NCBI GenBank assembly: GCA_963675665.1
Contig: OY776510.1
Location: 3,904,001-3,968,000 of the forward strand
Origin: Spirochaetia bacterium
GTDB taxonomy: Bacteria > Spirochaetota > Spirochaetia > UBA9216
Length of the DNA: 64,000 nucleotides
Reading direction: 5' to 3'
Positions 48,534 to 60,024 of the stretch are shown here, piece by piece. Every line of letters starts with the position of its first letter. The first letter of the stretch is position 1. The translations under genes were made by a program, and so were the position numbers. The notes under the pieces are model-generated. The model had not been told where the DNA came from. It saw nothing but the letters and a program-made list of their open reading frames with translations, and made no database searches.

Positions 48534-50485
48534 TATCCCTTTTTTGTCAAATCTTCGTCAAGCTGCTCGTATTTTATTGCTTTGACATCTCCATCTTCGT
48601 TTACAAATGTAACGCTGTTAAAATCATTTCTGACCCTCAGCGGTGCATCTTTTATCATTATCCTTACCCCGGGAAAAACCTTTGAAGCTGCAGAAATTTT
48701 TCCTACATATTTTAAAGAAGCAAGATACTCCTTGATGCTTTTAATTTCATCTTCAAGCTTAAGCATCTCATTGTGTATCTCAAGCTTCTGGTTTTTCAGT
48801 TCTTCAAGGTACTCTTCTTTATCATCGGGCAGTTTCTTCTTTTTCTTCTTGAAATTCTCCAATGTAAGGATATTTCTTTCGATATCATCCAACTGCTTTG
48901 TCTGTTTCTCCAGCTCAGATTCAAGATTCTGCAGTTTTTCCTTGCTTCTGGGGTCCCAGCCGACTTCAAGTATAGTCTCTGAACCGGAAACCGAACCCAG
49001 GGTTTTTGCATGGATCTCTTCCGTAGCCCGAAGTCGGCCTCCAACTATCGTTGCCCTTTTGCCCATACACACAATCAGGCGATTTGACACTACATTGGAA
49101 TTTATTATTCCGTCGGTAGCTATTACCGCATCTCCACAGTCTACATTTGCATTCTCAATAAATTTAGCCCAGACTGTTTTCCCGGCACGAACCTTGCCTT
49201 CAGTCCTGCCGTTAATTCCCTGATGAACAATAACTTCACCCTCGGCATCCAGTTCAGACTTTCCGACATTACCCATTACTTCTATATTTCCCGAAGCCTT
49301 TACCTTGAATCCGTCTTCAACGCTTCCCTTAACCATAACGGATCCGAGGAAAATAATATTTCCGCCTGATTTCAGGTTGACATCGCCGTTAACCAGATAG
49401 ACCGGTTCAACAGACATCTTTCCGCCGCTTTGCAGCATTACCTGCCCGTTTATCTCCGCGATTGCCGTAATTTTATCATCAGAAAGCTTAACGTTCTTTC
49501 CGAGATTGAAATCAATATCATTTCCTGATTTGGCGGGAAGCAGCTTGCCGGTTACGGTTCTGCCGGGTTTTCCTTCTTCAAAAGGCACTTTTCTGGCAAG
49601 AATCTGACCTTCAACAACGTTCTGAATCTGATTCATTTCCTTGAAATCGACCTTTCCCCGCTTTTCCTTATAACTCACCTGAGATTCCTGAGCCTCAAAA
49701 TTATAGACAATCTTTGCATCATTGCCGTTTACGGGTTTTGTTCCTTCCGCAACAATCACCGGTTTATCATATACAGGATGATCTTCCAAATCGGATATTT
49801 CATCTTCCTTCAGGCCGTGAATAATTCCGTTCGCTTTCAATAAGCCGATAATACTGTCGGCGGTAATATCCGCACCTCCGGCGCCCGGCGGCTTGATAAC
49901 GACAGTTGCTTTCATATCCAAATCCATTGTCTGAACAGACATAACTGCGTCATTCATTGGATTATATGCATAATCTCCTATCCGGACCTGTTCACCGTCT
50001 GCATTTTTTACGACTGTAGCCATTATATTTTTATCGTAATTATCAATACCCCGGCCTTTTATCCGCATAGCCGCTTCTCTTTCAGTTATTTTCTTGCCTG
50101 CTCCTACGGGAGGATAAACTTTAAGAAAAACTCCTTCCTGTCTGAAAGTAATAATAACCTCTCCATCACGATCCCTGGGAATATCAGTTCCCATATCTGC
50201 GACACCGAAGTCAAGATCGAAACTTTCGTCTCCAAAATCTTCTGTTTTCTGGCTGATTACTTCATAGGCAATAAGCAGACACTCTTTTTTTCCATAACCC
50301 AAAAAACCCTGCGCAGGTTTTTCAAGAACCTCATATTCAATCCTGGAAAGCGGGATGTTTAATTCTATTGATGCCTGTTCGAGCGCTTCGTCTATGGTTG
50401 AGCCGCTGACCTGTACAGTTCGTCGTGAACGATCCTCTTCGGCCTGCTTGCGCATAAACTCTCTTAACTCAGACAATTGTACCAT
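48533..50485 (-). CDS. FapA/DUF342 family protein with Jag_N domain
   Basis: Jag_N-like N-terminus; VDFKE, GDVNLKSGGNI. Confidence 0.85.
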   Translation of the reverse strand: MVQLSELREFMRKQAEEDRSRRTVQVSGSTIDEALEQASIELNIPLSRIEYEVLEKPAQGFLGYGKKECLLIAYEVISQKTEDFGDESFDLDFGVADMGTDIPRDRDGEVIITFRQEGVFLKVYPPVGAGKKITEREAAMRIKGRGIDNYDKNIMATVVKNADGEQVRIGDYAYNPMNDAVMSVQTMDLDMKATVVIKPPGAGGADITADSIIGLLKANGIIHGLKEDEISDLEDHPVYDKPVIVAEGTKPVNGNDAKIVYNFEAQESQVSYKEKRGKVDFKEMNQIQNVVEGQILARKVPFEEGKPGRTVTGKLLPAKSGNDIDFNLGKNVKLSDDKITAIAEINGQVMLQSGGKMSVEPVYLVNGDVNLKSGGNIIFLGSVMVKGSVEDGFKVKASGNIEVMGNVGKSELDAEGEVIVHQGINGRTEGKVRAGKTVWAKFIENANVDCGDAVIATDGIINSNVVSNRLIVCMGKRATIVGGRLRATEEIHAKTLGSVSGSETILEVGWDPRSKEKLQNLESELEKQTKQLDDIERNILTLENFKKKKKKLPDDKEEYLEELKNQKLEIHNEMLKLEDEIKSIKEYLASLKYVGKISAASKVFPGVRIMIKDAPLRVRNDFNSVTFVNEDGDVKAIKYEQLDEDLTKKG

Positions 50486-50490
50486 ATATT

Positions 50491-51279
50491 CTATAATATC
50501 CCTTTTTTCAGATTTGTAAGTTTCGCACGCAGACGCATTATCGCTTTTGTGTGCAGCTGCGAAACCCTTGATTCCGTTACCTCAAGAACCTTTCCAATTT
50601 CTTTTAAAGTGAGATCTTCGTAATAATAAAGTACAAGAACCTTTTTTTCTTTTTCAGGAAGTTCATTAATTGCTTCTATGATGACTCTTTTTATTTCGTC
50701 TTTTTCTACTATTATATCGGGATTCAAACCTTGCGGCGACTCAATGCTGTCGACAATTGAAACCTTGTCGTTATCTTCACCTGTATACCAGACATCATTA
50801 AGCGAAAGGATGGATGTTCCGCTTATTTTTAAAATTGTTTTCTGGTATTCCTGAAGATTCATCCCCATTTCACTGGCAATCTCGTTATCTGAAACAGAAC
50901 GGCCCAATGAAGCCTCCAGCCTGTGTACTGCATCTTCCACTTCGCGCGATTTCTGCCGTACTGAACGCGGGACCCAGTCAATTGATCTTAGCTCATCGAA
51001 AATGGCACCACGGATTCTGGTAACTGCATAGGTTTTAAATTTTACATGCTTGTCGGGATCAAATTTTTCAATGGCATCAAACAGGCCGAATACTCCATAT
51101 CCTACCAGATCGTCGAATTCGATATTATGCGGCATGCCTACAGCCACTTTCCCGGCTACATATTTAACTAATGGAGCATACTGTTTTACAAAAGCATCTC
51201 TGATAGCTGGGTCTTTGGACTTTTTGTACATCGCCCATAATTCTTCTTCTGACTTATTCTTAAGCAGTTTACCATCCAT
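50491..51279 (-). CDS. fliA: Flagellar sigma factor FliA/WhiG
   Basis: [34 protein letters not shown]. Confidence 0.95.
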   Translation of the reverse strand: MDGKLLKNKSEEELWAMYKKSKDPAIRDAFVKQYAPLVKYVAGKVAVGMPHNIEFDDLVGYGVFGLFDAIEKFDPDKHVKFKTYAVTRIRGAIFDELRSIDWVPRSVRQKSREVEDAVHRLEASLGRSVSDNEIASEMGMNLQEYQKTILKISGTSILSLNDVWYTGEDNDKVSIVDSIESPQGLNPDIIVEKDEIKRVIIEAINELPEKEKKVLVLYYYEDLTLKEIGKVLEVTESRVSQLHTKAIMRLRAKLTNLKKGIL

Positions 51280-51282
51280 CTG

Positions 51283-51954
51283 TTAACCTTCCTGGTCCTT
51301 TTTTAAAACTGTTTTTACAGCCTTGACTATTTCGCTGGTCTCATGCATACCGCCCAAAATCTCTGCACCTCCGGAAGCTTCGCCAAATCCGTCTATATTG
51401 CTAAGGCCTTCATTATTTCCGCCGTCATTTGCTTCCGAGAAGCTGTCCGAAAAGACTCCTACATCGGGTAAAACATTCTCTTTGCCGTTTTCAGCTGAAT
51501 CATCGTCTGTATGCTCCGAATCCAAAGTGTTTACAGTCTCTGCAACAGCTGCATCTTCGAGCTCGCTGTCATCATCAACTGTTTCCAGCAATTCCTCTGT
51601 TTCCAATTCTTCAACCTCAGCAGTATTGCTGTCCATTTCATCTTCTATTGTAATGTCCAGGTTACTGCCGCTGATTTTCGCAGCTTCTGCTGAATCATCC
51701 AAATCTTCTGCCTCAATATCAACAATATCCTCATCGGATGAAGGGCTTATAAGCAGCTCCGGGATAAACGATTCAACAAGCTTCATAACTAAAATACTGA
51801 TTCCGGCAAACAGAACGCTGAAGAGCAGCGCACGGAGGAAAACTGCACCTGCCGCAACGTCCCCGAACAACCCGACAATAAATGAGAGGACAAATCCGAA
51901 TATTCCGAATCCGGCTGTTATTTTTTTCCAGTTACCCAGTTTTTCATCAAACAT
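51283..51954 (-). CDS. Hypothetical membrane protein with acidic tail
   Basis: Two TMs plus a D/E-rich region, between flhG and fliA. Confidence 0.65.
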   Translation of the reverse strand: MFDEKLGNWKKITAGFGIFGFVLSFIVGLFGDVAAGAVFLRALLFSVLFAGISILVMKLVESFIPELLISPSSDEDIVDIEAEDLDDSAEAAKISGSNLDITIEDEMDSNTAEVEELETEELLETVDDDSELEDAAVAETVNTLDSEHTDDDSAENGKENVLPDVGVFSDSFSEANDGGNNEGLSNIDGFGEASGGAEILGGMHETSEIVKAVKTVLKKDQEG

Positions 51955-52066
51955 TATAATCAGCTTATTTCAAAAAACTTCCGCAGTCAAGGACGGCTTT
52001 TAAATTGACTTATTGACTGTAAAATCAACCATTCAGTTAAAACATTCAGCAATACAAGTCAGCCGT

Positions 52067-52936
52067 TTAAATTCCCCCGAAAAGTTTCTTTAAAAATCTC
52101 GAAACTCCTCCTCCCTCTTTATATTCAACCTTTTCGAGCCTGCCTGCAATATGTTTCAGGCAAATTGCAGCTTTACAGCCCGGATCTGCTATCATGAAAG
52201 GTTTCTGCTTTATTACAGCGGCTGAAACCGAAGGATCATCATAGACATAGCCAAGATAATCCACCTTCAGGTTTAGAAACTGTCCGGCTATGCTTATTAC
52301 ACGTTCCGACACCTTTTTACCCTCTGTAACGCTTTTAACCCTGTTAACGACCAGCTTCAACGAAAGATTCATATTGTCAATTTCTGTTGCAATTATCTTG
52401 ATTATACCGTAAGCATCGGTTATAGCTGTTGGTTCGGGAGTTGTTACAATTATTGCATCATCTGCAGCAGCTATAAACGAAAGCACATTATTTGAAACGC
52501 CAGCGCTTGTATCAATAATAATTACGTCTGCCGAAGACAATTCGGTCATTTCATTAATAAAACCGGTTCTCTCTTCATCTGTCAGGTTTGCGATCTTTGA
52601 GAAACCTGAAGCGCCGGCAACTATCTGAATACCGTAACTGGTATTCAGAATTATATCACGCATCGATTTCTGTTTACGAATAACGTGATAAAGATTGTAT
52701 TTGGGAATAATGCCCAGGGCGACATTGACATTCGCCAGCCCGAGATCTGCGTCCAGAACGATAACTTTTTTCCCAAGCTGAGCATAGGCGATTGCAAGAT
52801 TTACAGATATGTTTGTTTTTCCTACTCCGCCTTTTCCGCTTGATACAGCGATTATTCTGGTCTTGTTCTCTTCCTTACCGGCGGTCTCCTGCCTGCCTTT
52901 CATCATTTCCCTTAACTGTTCTGCCTGGTCCGTCAT
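52067..52936 (-). CDS. flhG: MinD-like flagellar number regulator FlhG
   Basis: MTDQA, SGKGGVGKT, DADLGLAN, PEPTAITDAY. Confidence 0.93.
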   Translation of the reverse strand: MTDQAEQLREMMKGRQETAGKEENKTRIIAVSSGKGGVGKTNISVNLAIAYAQLGKKVIVLDADLGLANVNVALGIIPKYNLYHVIRKQKSMRDIILNTSYGIQIVAGASGFSKIANLTDEERTGFINEMTELSSADVIIIDTSAGVSNNVLSFIAAADDAIIVTTPEPTAITDAYGIIKIIATEIDNMNLSLKLVVNRVKSVTEGKKVSERVISIAGQFLNLKVDYLGYVYDDPSVSAAVIKQKPFMIADPGCKAAICLKHIAGRLEKVEYKEGGGVSRFLKKLFGGI

Positions 52937-52958
52937 CTAAAACTCCGTTTTTTACCCG

Positions 52959-54104
52959 TTACTGAATAATGGCCGCTTCTCTGCGACTGAAACCTTCAAG
53001 CCGTCTTAATAACCGGTCGGCATCAGCCCGCTCGATATCCTGCGGAACGCCCTGGCCGTCGGTGACAAATGCAACGGGGGTTCTGCGTTCCGTAAGAACT
53101 GAAATAACATTACCCAGTTTCAGCGTCTCATCAAGCTTTGTCAGTATTACCGCATTATAATTAAAAGACGAAAACTCATCAAATATTTCAATCAAATCTC
53201 CTGCTTTGGTTGTAGAGCTTACCGTCAGAAAGATTTCCGAATCTCTGCCGCAGGCTTCGAGCAGCTCCCTCATCTGCGCCAGATTCTGATAGTCTCTCGG
53301 CGAACGTCCCATTGTATCAATAAGGATCATATCGGCTTCCTGATAAAGCAGAAGCTTGTTCTTCAGTTCCTCGATTGATTCTACGCAGGAAACCGGAATA
53401 TTCATCAGATCGCCGTAGGTCTGTATCTGCCCCTTGGCACCTATTCGGTAATTATCAATTGTAATCATCCTGACGCTTTTCTGCATTTCGCCTTTTATTC
53501 CAAGACCGTTCAATGCCGCCAGTTTGGCTATTGTTGTTGTTTTACCTACGCCTGTAGGCCCGACCAGAATAATAATCTTTCCTTTCCTTTGCGGTTTATC
53601 TTTATAGATGAATATATTTTCTTCCATCCATTCAAGAGTTTTGTTCATAACATATTCAAAATTTCCCAACTCTTCCAAAGACAGTTCGGCACGAAGTCTT
53701 GAACATATTATTTTGACGGCTGAATATGAAAAATCATTCTTTACAAGAAGTTCTTCGATTTTTTCGATTGATTCAGGTTCGGAAGATGAGCCCATCGCTC
53801 CCGCTTCTATTTTCTCATCTATGGATTTTACCATATCAAGAACCTTTGTCAGCGTATCATCACGTTTTGTACCGGCTGCCGCGATAATTTTCTTCTTTTC
53901 TTCATCAAGGTTTCGCCTTGCAGTCATTACAGGTTCGACATTGATATAGCCTTCAACCTCTACACCTTCTTTGGAAAACATGCCCAGGAAACCTCCGTAC
54001 TTGATGCTTCGGTGATTAAGAATTTTCGCACTTTCACCATAACGGGTTTTCACCTTTGTCACTGCTTCCATATAGGAAGTTCCCTGTTCCTTAAAATATT
54101 CCAT
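52959..54104 (-). CDS. flhF: Flagellar SRP-like GTPase FlhF
   Basis: GPTGVGKTTTIAKLA, DTMGRS, TKLDE, GQGVP. Confidence 0.93.
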   Translation of the reverse strand: MEYFKEQGTSYMEAVTKVKTRYGESAKILNHRSIKYGGFLGMFSKEGVEVEGYINVEPVMTARRNLDEEKKKIIAAAGTKRDDTLTKVLDMVKSIDEKIEAGAMGSSSEPESIEKIEELLVKNDFSYSAVKIICSRLRAELSLEELGNFEYVMNKTLEWMEENIFIYKDKPQRKGKIIILVGPTGVGKTTTIAKLAALNGLGIKGEMQKSVRMITIDNYRIGAKGQIQTYGDLMNIPVSCVESIEELKNKLLLYQEADMILIDTMGRSPRDYQNLAQMRELLEACGRDSEIFLTVSSTTKAGDLIEIFDEFSSFNYNAVILTKLDETLKLGNVISVLTERRTPVAFVTDGQGVPQDIERADADRLLRRLEGFSRREAAIIQ

Positions 54105-56231
54105 TTATTGATTAACCTCTTGTTCAATATTACTTTCTTCCAGTGAAATCTCACCTAACTGTTCAATATTAACGTTTGATACTACTTCGGGAACCGATAA
54201 TACAACAATACCCGGGAAATCCCGCTTAAGGCTCGACTTGACAAGTGCGCGGACAGCTTCAGAGCATAGTATTATCGGAAAAACTCCCATCTGTTCAATA
54301 CTTCTTACTGAATTAGCCACACTATTAATCCATTTACGCTGTATTTCCGGTTCCAGGGCCGCCATCACGCCTGTTGCCGTTTCAATTCTGGATTCGCCGA
54401 TAATTTTTTCAAGTCCCGGCGCAACAGTAAGCACCCGCATGGTTTTATCTTCGTCGGAATATTGCAGACAAATCTGGCGCGACAATGTCTGCCTGACCTT
54501 TTCAATAAGAAAAGTAGTGTCCTTAGTCACCGTTACATAGTCGGCAAGGGTTTCAAGTATCGGAATCATGTTCCTTATTGAAACCTGTTCGACAAGCAGC
54601 CCCTGAAGAACTTTCTGTATTTCTCCGGCGCTCATTGACTTTGTTACCTCATCAACCACAGCTGAATAATCGCTTCTCAGACTTTCAATAATCTTCTGAA
54701 CTTCCTGTCTGCCGAGCATTTCGTGAGCATGCTTTTTGATTATCTCGGTCAGATGGGTAGCGATAATCGACGGAGAATCAACAACCGTATATCCCATACG
54801 CTCGGCGCGGTCCCTGTCATCTTCAGTTATCCATTTTGCAGGAAGCCCGAAGGTCGGGTCTACAGCTGCTTCTCCCTGGATTTCATCATCAGCGTGTCCG
54901 GGATTTATCGCAAGGTAAAGACCTGTCCGTATGACAGCCTTGCCTACTTCAACGCCCTTAATCTTTATACAGTATTCGGCAGGTTCAAGTCTCATATTAT
55001 CCACAATACGTATTTTCGGGACAACAAGACCAAGCTCCAGCGCCGACTCGCGTCTTATCCGGGTTATTCTGTCAAGAAGCTCGGCGCCGTGGTCCTTGTC
55101 TACCAGCGGTATAAGCCCGTAGCCGAGTTCAATTGAAAGCTGATCAACCGGAACAACCGGAGACATCTCTGCAGGTTCGCTCCTGACGCTTTCTTTGGCT
55201 TCTGCCTCCATGGCTTCAAAACTTTTTACCTTCTGTTCCCGTTTTCTCAGTCTCCAGCCTATATAGAACAGAAGCGCTGCCATCGGGAAAAGTACATACC
55301 ACGGAAATCCCGGAAGGATTCCGAGCACAAAAAGGAAACCGGCGCCGACCCAGTAGATCTGGCCCTGGGCGGCAAACTGTTTCGAAACATCCTCGCCGAA
55401 AGTCCCGTCCGAGATAGCACGGGTAACAATGAAACCAGTGGCGGTTGAAATAAACAGCGAAGGAATCTGGCTGACAAGTCCGTCGCCAATAGCAAATGTA
55501 ATGTAAGTGGATACAGCCGAACCGGCGGATTCGCCGTGGAGCATCATTCCTACTATCAGTCCGCCTACTATATTGATGACTGTCATCAGAATACCGATCT
55601 TTACGTTTCCGGACACAAACTTTGATGCTCCGTCCATAGCTCCGTAAAAGTCCGCTTCTTTCTGCAAATCGGATTTTTTTCTGGTGGCTTCCTCTTCGGT
55701 GATTGCTCCGGAATTATACTCAGCCTCTATTGCCATCTGTTTTCCCGGAAGAGAATCAAGGGTAAACCTTGCCGCTACCTCGGCAACCCTTGTAGCACCT
55801 TTGGTAATTACTATAAACTGAACAGCAATCAGGATAATGAATATTATAAGACCGATTACCAGGCCTTCGTTTCCGGTTGTGCCGACAACGAAGGTCGCAA
55901 ATCCCTTAACAATTTTTCCGTCGAACATCTCGCCTTTGGAAAGAATCAGCCTTGTTGATGAAACATTCAGCGCAAGGCTGAACAGGGTCGTTACAAGTAG
56001 AAGCGTCGGGAAAATTGAGAAATCCAGCGCTCTCCGGGTATAGAGCGTTATCAGTATTATCATAACGCTCAAAACAAGGTTCGCCGACATAAGCAGATCA
56101 AGCACAATGGTCGGCAACGGTATCAGAAGCATCATCACGACGGAAATTACGCCGACGGCAACAAAGACATCGGTTTTGTTACCTGCGAATGCCCTTATAA
56201 CTGCACCGCGCAGTCCTTGAGTATCAGACAT
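54105..56231 (-). CDS. flhA: Flagellar export protein FlhA
   Basis: RVAEVAARFTLD, FYGAMDGASKFV. Confidence 0.97.
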   Translation of the reverse strand: MSDTQGLRGAVIRAFAGNKTDVFVAVGVISVVMMLLIPLPTIVLDLLMSANLVLSVMIILITLYTRRALDFSIFPTLLLVTTLFSLALNVSSTRLILSKGEMFDGKIVKGFATFVVGTTGNEGLVIGLIIFIILIAVQFIVITKGATRVAEVAARFTLDSLPGKQMAIEAEYNSGAITEEEATRKKSDLQKEADFYGAMDGASKFVSGNVKIGILMTVINIVGGLIVGMMLHGESAGSAVSTYITFAIGDGLVSQIPSLFISTATGFIVTRAISDGTFGEDVSKQFAAQGQIYWVGAGFLFVLGILPGFPWYVLFPMAALLFYIGWRLRKREQKVKSFEAMEAEAKESVRSEPAEMSPVVPVDQLSIELGYGLIPLVDKDHGAELLDRITRIRRESALELGLVVPKIRIVDNMRLEPAEYCIKIKGVEVGKAVIRTGLYLAINPGHADDEIQGEAAVDPTFGLPAKWITEDDRDRAERMGYTVVDSPSIIATHLTEIIKKHAHEMLGRQEVQKIIESLRSDYSAVVDEVTKSMSAGEIQKVLQGLLVEQVSIRNMIPILETLADYVTVTKDTTFLIEKVRQTLSRQICLQYSDEDKTMRVLTVAPGLEKIIGESRIETATGVMAALEPEIQRKWINSVANSVRSIEQMGVFPIILCSEAVRALVKSSLKRDFPGIVVLSVPEVVSNVNIEQLGEISLEESNIEQEVNQ

Positions 56232-57396
56232 TTACAGCCTCCTCAAACCTTTCTCCGCGGAGTCTGTAAACCTCGGCCAGTATTACCGCCATGGCCTGGT
56301 AATACTGTTCGGGGATTACATCTCCTATCTCAACCTCTGCGTAGAGTGCGCGCGCAAGAGGTTTGTTCTCCATTATCGGAACATCGTTGTCTCCCGCAAT
56401 TGCCCGAATTCTGAAAGCCATATTGTCCTGTCCTTTTGCCGTAACCACCGGGGCAATAGCTTTCTCTCGGTCCCATTGCATGACAACAGCAAAATGGGTC
56501 GGGTTTGTAATAACCACATCAGCTTCCGGAATTTTCCGCATCATGTCGCGCGTCATAATGTCTCTCATCCGCTCGCGAAGTCTGCTCTTTATCAGCGGGT
56601 CACCTTCCGTCATCTTCCGCTCTTCCTTGACTTCCTGCTTTGACATTTTTAACGAATCAATATGCTGTTTTTTCTGAAACCTGTAATCAGCTATGGCAAA
56701 AATAAGCATGGCAATTGCAGCTTCAAGCATAATTCTGAATGCTATGCCTGCCAGCGTAGAAAAAGCTTCAAGGAAATTTATTGAAATGAATCCAACAATC
56801 CGGTCGAATTCCATTCTGATATTAAAAAAAGCTATTCCGCCTATAATAGCAACCTTCACTATCGATTTCATCAGATTAAAGCCTGCTTCCGCCGACATAA
56901 ATGATCTTTGAAACCATTTTCCGAACCTCGGCAGTATCTTGCTTGGATCCGGCGTTATGGGCTTGGCTGAAAATTTAAGACCTACCTGGAAAACATTGCC
57001 TGCAAATGCGGCTACAAATGCAACAGCAGCAAGAGGCAGAGCAGTACGAAGGAAAAACTTCAGGGCGGCCATTCCGGCTTCAGGCGAACTGGACGGATCC
57101 ATTTTTGTCGCATTCGAATAAAAGAAAACCATCATGTCGGACAGGCCTTCAATCATTGACGACCCGAAGGCTGCAAGTCCGGTTATGCAGAAAATCAGGA
57201 CTATCGCGGATGTCAAATCCGCCGATTTTGCAACCTTCCCCTCTTCCCTGGCTTTTCGAAGCTTGTACTCGGTAGGATCTTCAGTCCTTCCCTCGTCTTC
57301 AGGCGCAAACCATTGCAGATCAATATTTATTCCGCTTTCAAATGCAAAGCGTTCAAGACAGATTTTCTTAATGTCTGCATCTTCGGGGCAAAACAC
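56224..57396 (-). CDS. flhB: Flagellar export protein FlhB
   Basis: TNPTH cleavage motif, LARALY. Confidence 0.96.
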   Translation of the reverse strand: MFCPEDADIKKICLERFAFESGINIDLQWFAPEDEGRTEDPTEYKLRKAREEGKVAKSADLTSAIVLIFCITGLAAFGSSMIEGLSDMMVFFYSNATKMDPSSSPEAGMAALKFFLRTALPLAAVAFVAAFAGNVFQVGLKFSAKPITPDPSKILPRFGKWFQRSFMSAEAGFNLMKSIVKVAIIGGIAFFNIRMEFDRIVGFISINFLEAFSTLAGIAFRIMLEAAIAMLIFAIADYRFQKKQHIDSLKMSKQEVKEERKMTEGDPLIKSRLRERMRDIMTRDMMRKIPEADVVITNPTHFAVVMQWDREKAIAPVVTAKGQDNMAFRIRAIAGDNDVPIMENKPLARALYAEVEIGDVIPEQYYQAMAVILAEVYRLRGERFEEAVNV

Positions 57397-58193
57397 TAAT
57401 TAAACCTCCCTGCCATGGCTTTCATCAGTTCATATAGCCCGGTAAATCCGTTGTCTATTACATGGCTGAATGACTCGATCATTAACGGCATAACAGCTAC
57501 GAGCACGAGAAAAGCCATAAATATGTTAAGCGGAAAAGACAGCATAAGCAGATTCATCTGCGGAGCAGCTTTTGCAAGCAGTCCCATGGTGATCTGCATA
57601 AGAAGAAGAACTCCCATAACAGGCAGCGCAATAACCAGGGCCTGACCGAACAGGCCGCTCATTCCGGACAGCAGCATCGGTATGATACTGTCTCGTCCTG
57701 AAATCACCTGGCTGACCGTTACTGCCCTGAAACTGTTGTAAATACCGCCGAGAAAAAGTTTCTGAAACCCGTTAACGGACAGGAATACCAGCATTGCCGT
57801 AAGATTCAGAAACTGGCCCATGAGCGGTATCTGTATCTGGGCCAACGGATCGTAAACCTGGGAGGAAGCAAAACCCATCTGGGTTGAAAAGAACTGACCG
57901 GCAAGCTGAAAAACAGCCATTATTAAAACAAGGAAAAAACCCATTATTACGCCGATCAGCGCTTCTCCGACCAGCAGAAAAGCATACTGAAGTCCTGTTT
58001 CGGGAATATTATAAACCTGGCTTCTGACAATACCGGGAAGAACAGCAGTTGAAACAAAAAACGCCAGCCCTATTTTGCCTATCTGGGGGATAGCGCTTGA
58101 ATTCAGTAACGGAGCGATTTCTATAAACACCAGCACTCTTACAAGAACAATGAGAAAGATCTGTGCTTCGGCGACAAGAAAATCCAGTGTCAT
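57396..58193 (-). CDS. fliR: FliR
   Basis: QMGF, KAAPQMN; gene order. Confidence 0.93.
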   Translation of the reverse strand: MTLDFLVAEAQIFLIVLVRVLVFIEIAPLLNSSAIPQIGKIGLAFFVSTAVLPGIVRSQVYNIPETGLQYAFLLVGEALIGVIMGFFLVLIMAVFQLAGQFFSTQMGFASSQVYDPLAQIQIPLMGQFLNLTAMLVFLSVNGFQKLFLGGIYNSFRAVTVSQVISGRDSIIPMLLSGMSGLFGQALVIALPVMGVLLLMQITMGLLAKAAPQMNLLMLSFPLNIFMAFLVLVAVMPLMIESFSHVIDNGFTGLYELMKAMAGRFN

Positions 58194-58208
58194 ATTCTGC
58201 TCAACTTC

Positions 58209-58475
58209 CTATAATTTTGATATCATCTGGAATAGCTCCATTGTATATTCACGCAGCGATGTAAAAATCCACTCTGCCGAAAATACAAGCACCAGAAGAA
58301 TTGCAGCAATTTTCGGGACAAAAGTCAGGGTCTGTTCCTGTATCGATGTTGTTGCCTGAAAAATTGATACAAGAAGACCTACAATAAGTCCGGCAAAAAG
58401 CATCGGGGCAGATAGCGTTAATACAAGAAACACTGCCGATCTAATCATTTCTACAACAAATCCCGTAGTTACCAT
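58209..58475 (-). CDS. fliQ: FliQ
   Basis: QATTSIQEQTLTFVPK. Confidence 0.95.
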   Translation of the reverse strand: MVTTGFVVEMIRSAVFLVLTLSAPMLFAGLIVGLLVSIFQATTSIQEQTLTFVPKIAAILLVLVFSAEWIFTSLREYTMELFQMISKL

Positions 58476-58482
58476 TACAACC

Positions 58483-59271
58483 TCACATGAAACTCAGCAC
58501 AACCTGCTGCGTTATCAGGCTCCATCCGTCTACAAGTACGAAAAGTATAAGTTTAAAGGGCAGTGATATCATTGCGGGGGGAAGCATGATCATACCCATG
58601 GACATTAATGTAGACGCAACTATCATATCTATAATAATGAACGGAATAAAAAGAAATATTCCGATCTTGAATGCAACGGTCAGTTCATTCAGAATAAAAG
58701 CCGGTATTAATATGTATGTAGGAACATCTGCCGCTGTCTGCGGTTTTTCCATATCAGCCATTTTCATAAACAGCTGGATGTTTTCATAATTTCCGTCCAT
58801 CTGTTTATACATAAAAAGCCGCATTGGTTTTTCAGTCTCTGAGTACAATTCTTCAAGACCTATTTCTCCGTCTGAAAAGGGTTTAAACCCGTTTTCATAT
58901 ACAGTAGAAAGAGTCGGCCACATTATAAAGATTGTAAGGAATAATGCTATTCCGTTCAGCACGGTATTCGGGGGGACTTGCTGAAGCGAAAGCGAACGTC
59001 TTATAAAATCGAATATAATGGATATTCTGAGAAAACTCGTCATGAGAATAATGATTGAGGGAGACAAAGAAATTACAGCCAGCAATAGTATTAACTGTAC
59101 TGACAGGGCCACTTCCTGATTGGATTCCGGCTGAGTAATTGTGAGATCAATAAACGGTATTTGAAGACCCGCCCCGGCGTCGGGATCAACAGCCTCCTGT
59201 GAAAAGGCAGCTCCCGCAGCCGTCAGCATGATCACTGCCGACAGGCACAGAACAATTAATAACTTTCTCAT
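58483..59271 (-). CDS. fliP: FliP
   Basis: MTSFLRI, PPN, SLPFKLILFVLVDGW. Confidence 0.96.
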   Translation of the reverse strand: MRKLLIVLCLSAVIMLTAAGAAFSQEAVDPDAGAGLQIPFIDLTITQPESNQEVALSVQLILLLAVISLSPSIIILMTSFLRISIIFDFIRRSLSLQQVPPNTVLNGIALFLTIFIMWPTLSTVYENGFKPFSDGEIGLEELYSETEKPMRLFMYKQMDGNYENIQLFMKMADMEKPQTAADVPTYILIPAFILNELTVAFKIGIFLFIPFIIIDMIVASTLMSMGMIMLPPAMISLPFKLILFVLVDGWSLITQQVVLSFM

Positions 59272-59323
59272 TCCCCCCCCAGAAAATGACACTTAAATTC
59301 TATCACATTTTTATATGTTTTTG

Positions 59324-59926
59324 CTACATTTTTTTTAATCTTTCTGCCTGATTATGCATAAATTTGCTGTTATTCCTTATTTTGGACTGAAGTTCACTTT
59401 TCCCGCTTCCGGAACGCCCGGTTTTAAGGCTGAAGAAATCGGCGAAAGTTTTTTTGCCTTCAACCGGAGGCGGATTTTTAAGTATTATTTCGTCGATAGT
59501 TTCCTTGTCTTCTATATCAGCTATATGTGACACAGTGTCTTCGCCGCATCCGACCAGATAATATTTCTGCCCGACTTCTATCAGGTGAACTGATGCATTC
59601 TGTTTAAGGCTCCGGGAACCTAAAAGTCGTATCAAATCTTCATTCTGAAATTTCGCCCCGCCGGCCTTTTTAAGAGCGAAAAAGATAGCATAGACGATTA
59701 GAATTACGGCGGCAAGAATCAATATAACCTTGACAAAATCCCAGGTAGTAAAAAACTGCGTGCGGGTTTCCTCATTATCTTCAGCAGTTCCAGCCGTATC
59801 ATCAAGGATAATTGTAGTTTCATCCGTAAAATCAGGTGCCGGCAGCTCGGATGCAGCCTGCTGTCCAAAAACAGAAATGCCTGCAGCAAGCAAAAACACC
59901 AGTGCAGGCAGTATTATTTTATTCAT
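59324..59926 (-). CDS. fliO: FliO/FliZ
   Basis: TM plus VHLIEVG..YLVG; position between fliY and fliP. Confidence 0.8.
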   Translation of the reverse strand: MNKIILPALVFLLAAGISVFGQQAASELPAPDFTDETTIILDDTAGTAEDNEETRTQFFTTWDFVKVILILAAVILIVYAIFFALKKAGGAKFQNEDLIRLLGSRSLKQNASVHLIEVGQKYYLVGCGEDTVSHIADIEDKETIDEIILKNPPPVEGKKTFADFFSLKTGRSGSGKSELQSKIRNNSKFMHNQAERLKKM

Positions 59927-60024
59927 CGTCCCCTCCCGATTTTTCAAATCCGTCCATACCGTATCCCAGTCCGGTATGGGCTTCTAAAATATTTTTATAC
60001 TGGCTTCAGCCCTGTTTAACTGCA